64,000 bases of DNA from Raillietiella orientalis (taxonomy: Eukaryota). Below, piece by piece: positions 56,716 through 64,000 of the stretch. Every line of letters begins with the position of its first letter. Position 1 is the stretch's first letter. Under the pieces are notes generated by a model, which was not told the DNA's origin, ran no database searches, and saw only the letters and a program-made list of their open reading frames with translations. The translations under genes and the position numbers were made by a program. The stretch is from positions 7,998,001 through 8,062,000 of the forward strand of contig JAYWIR010000001.1 in the NCBI GenBank assembly GCA_036172245.1, written 5' to 3'.

Positions 56716-59700
56716 TGCCGGGACTCGCCACCTGCCGTCAAATACGCATCGCCAGCTGGAACGTCAACGGGCTTTGCGATGACGGCAGGAGACGAGACAT
56801 AGCTGCCACCTTGCAAGCCTTCGACCTCGTGCTGCTGCAGGAGATCCATGAGATTTCCGCAGAACATGCGCGGGAGATCGAACGGATAGCAGGTGGTCAG
56901 CTTATGTGGCGATGCGGCCACCACCGTACGCGCGGAGTCGCTTTCCTTCTGAAGCCTGCCTTACAACGCGCGGTGCGGAAAGTTCGTTTCGATGAGGCAG
57001 GTCGGGTCGGGCAAATCACCTTCAGGTGGTCCGACTCCATCAATCTCGTCGTCACGAACGTGTACGCGCCGAGCGGCGGTCACGCGCGCGTGGCACGGAC
57101 GGCGTTTTTCCGTGCGTTCAAGCGCGACTGGCTGTCGGAGGCAGGCGCGCGCACGGCGCACCTGATAGCCGGCGATTTTAATATTCGCCTGCTATCAGGT
57201 GCGGCGAGGACAGAGGCCACCCCGGTTAACGAGATGTGCGCTGCGGTGCACGCATCCAACTTGTTAGCCGGGGATACCGGGATGGAACGGAGCGTGGACC
57301 ACGTCTTCCTCGACGATCACCTGCGCTGTCGCGTGGGCAGGCGAGGTAAGATACAGTCCGCAGTCTCCGACCCCTCCCGTGTGGAACTCGTCATTCTCCC
57401 GCGCGACAGGGGGCCCCCCGCGCAGGCGTGGCGTCTACCGGGGGACTGGCTGACCAAGCCAGGCGCAGCGGAACACCTCCGCGCGTTCTTGCGAGGTTTC
57501 AGCCTGCAGACGCTCGACGACTGGGACGATTTGAAAGTCTCGGTGCGAGAGTTCTGCCAACAGTTCCCCATGGACCGTCTCCCGAAAGGATTTGGAGAAG
57601 GTGTTCGGAACGATAGGGCTTACCTGCAGGCCCGTCGTTACTCCCGAACACCAGACGTCCGAAGACTGGCGGAATTTAAAGCCGGTGCCGAGCGGCAGGC
57701 CTGGCAATCGGGGTCGCCCAGCCTGCTGGACGACGAAGGCCAAAAGCACTCGGCCCCGGCAGAGGTGAGTAGCCTAGTGCACGGCTATTATTCTTCCCTG
57801 TACACCAGGGTGCCTCCGGACCGGGAATTTTCCCAATTCTTGCTTCCGGACGGTGCCCCGGCGATCGGGGAAGAAGAGAGAGTACGCCTGGACGAGCCTT
57901 TCACGATGGGTGAAATCATCACCGCAATCGGGAAGCTCAAAAGGCGGAAGTCACCGGGGGAAGACGGCCTGCCCGCGGAGTTTTTTCAGTGCTTCGCGGC
58001 GGAGCTGGCTCCCCTGGTGCAGCGGCTAACGCTGCTGATCCGGGAGACAGGAGACGTTCCCGCCTCCTTCCGATCGGCACGTATGCGTCTCCTACCGAAA
58101 GGAGGAGACTTACGGAACCTCAGCAATTGGCGTCCGATTACCGTACTGAACGCGGACGCCAAGCTGGTTGCGAAGCTATGGTCGGAGCGAATGGGGCGGG
58201 TGGCGGAAAGCTTCATCAGCCCGGAGCAGACCTACGCTGTTCCCGGGCGAAGCATGGACGCCAACCTGCTCTTCGCGAACACCTGGTTCGAACTTCAAAG
58301 AACCAGAATGAATGGAGGGAACAAGGTCGGCAGCCCGATTTGCGGGACGTCCGCTGGTGGTTCGCGGGATAGTCGGGAGAGAGAAGGGGCCCTCGCGGTC
58401 GCTGTCGATTTGCGGAAAGCATTCGACAGTGTCGACCAGGAGCTCCTGATGGAGCTTCTGGAGCGCTTGGGCTTCCCGGCCTCCTTATTGGCCTTTCTGC
58501 GCTCTTGCTGGCGCGACGCGCTGACCAACATTTCTTTCAGGGGAAGGAACGTGTTCGGTGTGCCGGTGCGCCGCGGGATACGGCAGGGTGATAGCTTGAG
58601 CCCCTTGCTCTTCAGCACCTACCTCGAGTTGGTGCTGAGGGCATTCAGGGAGACTCTTGGTCGCCTGCCGCGCGTGTGCCCAGGTACACCGGCCTTGGCG
58701 GCGTATGCGGACGATCTTCTGCTGCTGCTCCCCATGTCCACCCCGGCGTCGGCGGTCGAAAACTTTTTCGAGCTGCTGCGTCGCGGGACGGGACTGGAGG
58801 TGAACAGAGCAAAGTCGTCCGTTGTTGCAGTCGGTTCCTCGTGGGCAGGGCAGCTAGACTGGTCTCACTTGGGGATCCCCACGGTACAGTACCTCAAGTA
58901 CCTCGGTGTGCCGTTGGGGGACTACTCCCCAGCGGTACAATGGTCTTGCTGCCTCCAAAAGGCCGAGAGAGCGATCGGCCCGTTCCTGGATGGCAAGTTC
59001 TTCTTGCCGGAACGGGCCGTGCTGTGAAACACTTTCGTGGCCCCCCTGTTTCGCTCCTTGCTTTTTGTTTGTCCCCCACCCCGTGGTGTGAGAACACGTA
59101 CAAAGGACCTCCTCAGAATCGCCATCTGGGACAGAGGAAGGCCCCGCGCGCATTGGAAGGACTTGTGCGCCCCTCGTCGCGATGGGGGCCTTGGCCTCCT
59201 CACGCTGGAGCGCCTCGAACTGCAGCTGCAGTTCCGAACAATCGCCCTAGTGGCGAAGTTGTGGAGCGCCAGCTGGTGCGAGCCTGCACGATGCCTGCTT
59301 CAGCGAGTCGGCGGCTGCGCGGGACTGTCTACCTTCCTAACGCGCCGCAAACGCCGGTACCTGTTCCACTGTGGACTGGCTCTTCGGCGAGTGGCGAAGC
59401 TGACCAGGAAGAACACCTGGATCTCCTGCCGGCCCGCGAACGGCACTTCCTGGTTGCAGGAAAGCCTTCGCACGTGGGCCCAGATCGAGGAAGCGAGCCC
59501 GGAGTTGCGGCAGCGAATGCTGCACTCCTATCATAAGAGCCGCTCGCTGCAGGACATCATCGTGCAGCCCGCCTTGAGTGCGTGGGCTGAGAGGACCTCC
59601 CTTGCCACAGCTCTGTCCCACCTCAAGGAACATCTGGGCAGTAGCCAGCCGGCCATGTGGGAGATCCGGTGTACGATCAGGGACACTGAGAAAGAACAAG

Positions 59701-60281
59701 GTGGTTGGACCACGGGTCAGCTTGCTGATGCCGCGATCCCAAGTTCCCCACCGAGAGGACTGTTGCGCTGGGGCAAGCTGCTGTGCATCCCGCGGGATGA
59801 ACTCGAGTGGTCCCCAGTGCTGAGGAATACTCGGGCCCTCCCCCTGAAGTGGCAGGAGTCGGCGTTCCTGGTGTTGCACTGGGGACTCCCCAGCAACGCC
59901 CGCCGCTCTCATTGGACGAGGGGGGTTGTAGACCCAAACTGTGTCAGGTGCGGGGAACGAGAAACTCTCCCGCACCTGCTCGTTGACTGTGTTGCCCTCC
60001 GGCCCCTGTGGTTGCGCTTTGCAACAGCCGTTGGTGCACCCTTGCACGCTCCCAGAGACGTTTTAAAGCGCCTCTTCGTGCGCGACGCCCTTTCGCCTGC
60101 CGCAGCCCTTGCAGCCCTCTGCTGCCTACGAGGGATTGTAGCGGCTTGGAGCACCGCCACTGGTGGACCGAACGATAGGGACATCTTGTGCTACGCCCTG
60201 CGCTTCCTAAGGACGGCAGCCAGATGGACCCATCTGGGACACATGCAGTTTGAACTTGCCGGCATCCTGCAAAGGATGTAG
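56715..60281 (+). pseudogene. ORF2 of D with a single nonsense codon and SDH changed to SDP
   Basis: ORFs 56715..59027 and 59037..60281 are in frame (Trp codon to TGA); the APE catalytic His is replaced. Confidence 0.92.
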
Positions 60282-60500
60282 AGGACGTCTCCAGCGGAAC
60301 GTGATCCCTTCCCCAACCCCTCCCTGCTTTTGTAAATAGTGTTTTCTTTTTGCTTTTTTCTATTTGTCCCTTCCCCCTCCGCTGCCGAGTCGACCTTGGG
60401 AGCCTGCGTGCTGCCCACTCGGCGAGTTCAGAAGAACATGTTCTGAACACTGTAGCGGCGATAGCCCTACACTTGCTTGTTTATTTTTTTTTATTAAAGA

Positions 60501-60530
60501 AATAAACGCCCCGGCGCACCCGGGTGTAAA
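60501..60530 (+). terminator. Conserved 3'-terminal AATAAA plus CCCGG/CCGGG hairpin (example copy)
   Basis: Present at 12 element 3' ends, three of them degenerate; no poly(A) tail follows. Confidence 0.7.
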
Positions 60531-63500
60531 AGCAGTGCCGACTGTTGCCACTTCATGGGGAGGGTGCGCGAGTCCATGAGCACCGGGGGCCACTCGAGAT
60601 GTTCCTCTGGAACATCCAGTAGCTCTCCCCAGCGCAAGAGTTCATTTGGGGTGGTCTTCGGGGTCGCAGCGTTGGTGAGCTGACCCGTTCTCCAATCCCC
60701 GATCTTCCTTGCCCTGCTGGCGATCTTGACAGTAACCTCCCATTGTGCCGCGACGTCGCTGCCCAGATGTTCCCCTAGGGTAGGCAGCACCGCAGCAAGG
60801 GAGGTTCTTTGTGCCCACGCTCTCCTTCGGGGATCCTCGATGATTTCTCGGAGCGTGCGGTGGGCATGCGGCCCAAACAGAGCTATTCGCTCGTGTTGCG
60901 GGCTCTGCTCCTGAATCATCGCCCACGTGCGCACGGTTTCCTGCAGCCAGGCAGGACCGTTCGCGGGGCGTACGAGGATTCGCGCCGAGTTGTTCTTCAC
61001 GAGCTTGGCTGCCCTCCGAAGTTGAAGTCCGCAGTGGCAGATGGGGCTTCAGAGTGCAAAGTAGGACGAGAGTCCCGCATTGCCGGTGGCTCGCTCGACG
61101 AGGAGACGTGCAGGGAGGCACCAAGGGGTGCACCAATTTTCTGCCATAAAGGCGACAACTCGGAACTGGAGCTGTAGCTCCAGCCGCTCCAACGTCAGGA
61201 GGCCCAGACCACCATCCCGACGAGGAGCGCACAAGTCCGAAAGACGGACTCGGGGCCTCCCGTTGCCCCAAAGGGCGATCCTCAGGAGGTCCTTCGTCCT
61301 CTTCTTTGACTCCGCTGAGGGGGGGCAAACAAAAAGCAGGGAGCGGAGGAGAGGAGCCGCGAACGTGTTCCAAACCGCGGCCCGTTCAGGCAGGAAAAAC
61401 CTGCCGCCTCGGAACGGGCCGATAGCCGTCTCTACTTTTTGGAGGCAGCCGGACCACGCTTCCGCAGGGGAGTAGTCCCCCAACGGCACACCAAGGTACT
61501 TGAAGTACCTCACCGTGGGGATCCCCAAACGGACCCAGTCCTGCTGCCCTGCCCACGCCGCACCAACTGGAATCACGGACGACTTCGCCCTGTTCACCGT
61601 AAGTCCGGTTTCCCGATTCAGCAGGTCGAAGAACTCCTCGACCGCCGCAACCGGGGTGGACATAGGGAGCAGCAGCAAAAGGTCGTCCGCGTATGCTGAA
61701 ACGGACGGCGTACCGGCACAGTCGTGCAGCAGGTGCGCCAGAGTTCCCCTGTACGCTCTGAGTACCAACTCAAAGTAGGTACTGAAGAGCAAGGGGCTCA
61801 GGCTGTCTCCCTGCCGGATGCCACGCCGCACAGGCACGCCGTGCACGGTCTGCCCGCTGAAAGTAACGTTGATGAGCGCGTCGCGCCAGCAGGAGCGCAG
61901 GTAGGCCAACAAAGAGGCCGGGAAGCCCAAGCGTTCCAGAAGCTCCAGAAGGAGATTCTGGTCGACGCAATCGAATGCTTTCCGCAAGTCGACTGCGACC
62001 GCAAGGGCTCCCTCCCCCACCCGACCATCCGACCCCCTGCCGGCGCACGCACCGGAATTCCGGCTGCGCACCAAGCTCCTTTCATGTTGGAGCTCTAGCC
62101 AGGTGGAAGCGTGGAACAGGTTCGCCTCCATGCTTCGCCCGGAAACAGCATATGTCTGTTCCAGGCTGATGAAGATGTTGGCAACCCGTCCCAGACGCTC
62201 TGCCCAAACCTTAGCCAGCAACTTGGCGTCCGCATTCACTATTGTGATGGGACGCCAGTTGTTCATGCTCCTCAGATCTCCTCCCTTAGGGAGGAGCCGC
62301 ACCTTTGCCGAACGAAACGAGGCGGGAACGTCACCTGTTTCGCGTATCAGCAAGGTGAGTTGCTGTACCAGGGGGAAAGCTCAGCCGCGAAAGTTTGAAA
62401 AAACTCCGAGGGCAGGCCGTCCTCCACTGGAGCCTTTCGCCTCTTGAGCTTTCCGATGGCCGAGAGGATCTCGTCCATCGTGAAAGGCTCGTCGAGGGTC
62501 TTGCTCTGCTCCTCCCCGATCGCTGGAGCGCCTTCCGGAAGTAGGATTCGTGAGACGTTCCTCTCCGGAGGTGCCCTAGCATACAGGGAGGAGTAGTATC
62601 TCCGCAGCAGGCCGCGGATTTGGGCAGGTGCCGAGTGCTCCTGGCCCCGATCGTCCAGTAAGCCGGCTGATCCGGACTGCCAGGCTTGTCTCTCGGCTCC
62701 CGCTTTGTATTCCGCCAGCCTGCGGATGTCGGGGGTCCTGGCGTAGCGACGGGCCTGCAGGTAGGCTCGTTCGTTACGGACCCCGGTCCCAAAACCCGTA
62801 GGTAAGCGGTGCAGAGGGAACTGGTCGCAGAACTCCTGGACCGACCGCTTGAAGCGGTCCCAATCCTGGAGTGTCCGCAGCCTGAAGCTCCGTATGAACG
62901 TGCGGAGATGTTCCGCCGCGTCCGGGAGCTTCAGCCAGTCCCCTGGGAGACGCCACGCTGACGAGGGGGGGCCCCTGTCGCGCGGATGGATCTCGAGGAC
63001 TAGCGGGCGATGGTCGGACAGCTCGCACGGTAACTTGCCGCGCCTGCCCACGCGAGGGCACAGGTGCTCGTCAAGAAACACGTGGTCAATGCTGTCTTCC
63101 ATCCCCAGTGCACTGGCCAACAAATTACAGGTGTGCACCGCCATGCACACCTCGTTGACCAGGTCACGCCCGGGATTCTGCCCATCTGGTTTCAGGCGAA
63201 CGTTGAAATCGCCTGCAACCAGATGGGCATTCCGCACGCCTGCTTCGGTCAGCCAGTCTCGCCGGAGGGCAAGGAAAAACTCTTTCCTCGCCCTCCTGGA
63301 CATCAGGTCCTTGCCGCTCGGTGCGTACACGTTCGTGACGATCAGATCGATCGAGTCGGACCACCTGAGAGTCAGCTGGCCGACACGACCGTGATCGTCG
63401 AACCGCACGCCTCGAGCCACGGCCTCGACGGCTGGCCGAAGCAGGTAGGCGACACCGCAACTTTTCGCTCTCCCACACCTGTACCATAGCCGCCCTCCGG

Positions 63501-64000
63501 AGATCCGTTCGATCTCTTCCGCTTGTTCTGCAGAGATCACATGGATCTCCTGCAGCAGCGCAAGGTCGTAGGACTCCAGATGGGCGGATATGTCTCGTCT
63601 CCTGCCGGCGTCTGTCATGCCGTTCACGTTCCAAACGGCGATGCGCAGACGACGGCGGGAGGAGATTCCCGGCATTACTGCTGGGAAGATTAAGGTGTGG
63701 GGGAGCCCTCCTCTTGCGAGGCGGGCGGGATGTCCATGGGGGTTTCGGCCTTCTCAGGCACCTGAGGCACCTGTTCGGCCTCTACCCCCTCCATCCCCTC
63801 CGTGTCCGCGCGTGGGAGTCTCTCGGGCGACGTGTCCCGAGAGTTTCCCACGCTCATGGCACCCTCGCTTGCGGAAGCCATCTCTTCCCCTTCGACATGG
63901 GAGACGAGCTGCCTTGGCTTTGTGGACTTACGTCCAGCCTTCTTGCGCGGTGCCGTGGAAACGGAGGCTGCGCTTCCGGCCTCCACCTCGGGGTCGGAAG

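Larger units (their letters stand above)
55041..60530 (+). mobile_element. Subfamily D full-length LINE, antisense in the WQxSALL motif of G
   Basis: TSD agcagtgccgac at 55029-55040 and 60531-60542; 5' ggtcagacgtgttct; 3' aataaacgccccggcgcacccgggtgtaaa. Confidence 0.95.
54379..64000 (-). mobile_element. Subfamily G (B-related) element (54379-55040 and 60531->64000), split by D; runs off the window
   Basis: 3' aataaacgtcccggctcacccgggtttc at 54383-54410; ORF2 from TAATG at 63675 with frameshifts near 62370 and 61050; ORF1 tail above 63675. Confidence 0.92.

Noticed and set aside
5918-60530. Recurrent 30-bp hairpin motif as a CRISPR, attC or REP-type repeat
   Set aside because: It is kilobases apart, on both strands, and always at LINE 3' ends; there are no cas or integrase genes.

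Overview
Eukaryotic-type DNA with no recognisable host genes. Bases 1-~5900 are AT-rich and hold only heavily decayed LINE relics. From ~5900 to 64000 the window is a continuous, GC-rich nest of about 20 full or partial copies of related L1/Tx1-like non-LTR retrotransposons: ORF1 with two CCHC zinc knuckles, ORF2 with APE endonuclease, RT and a C-terminal Cys/His knuckle. They fall into roughly 8-9 subfamilies, labelled A-K here (my own labels). The main observation is that the elements insert into each other at subfamily-specific sites, nearly all inside conserved ORF2 motifs of relatives and usually antisense. A goes into DAKL (3 copies), B into KAFD (2 different hosts), C into G(E/G)RL (2 tandem copies), F into PxGFG, E into GDFN, D into SALL and G into LRNL. 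Target-site duplications of 9-14 bp are visible where both ends survive. The subfamilies share a 5' GGACGTG(T/C)TTT motif, a 3'UTR stem-loop with a near-invariant CTGCGT loop on a covarying stem, and a tail-less 3' end (AATAAA-CG-CCCGG-loop-CCGGGT). The endonuclease appears to lack the hairpin loop that normally shapes L1 target choice, and two subfamilies have ACA instead of ATG at the ORF2 start. Organism and novelty cannot be established without database searches. All comparisons were made by eye.
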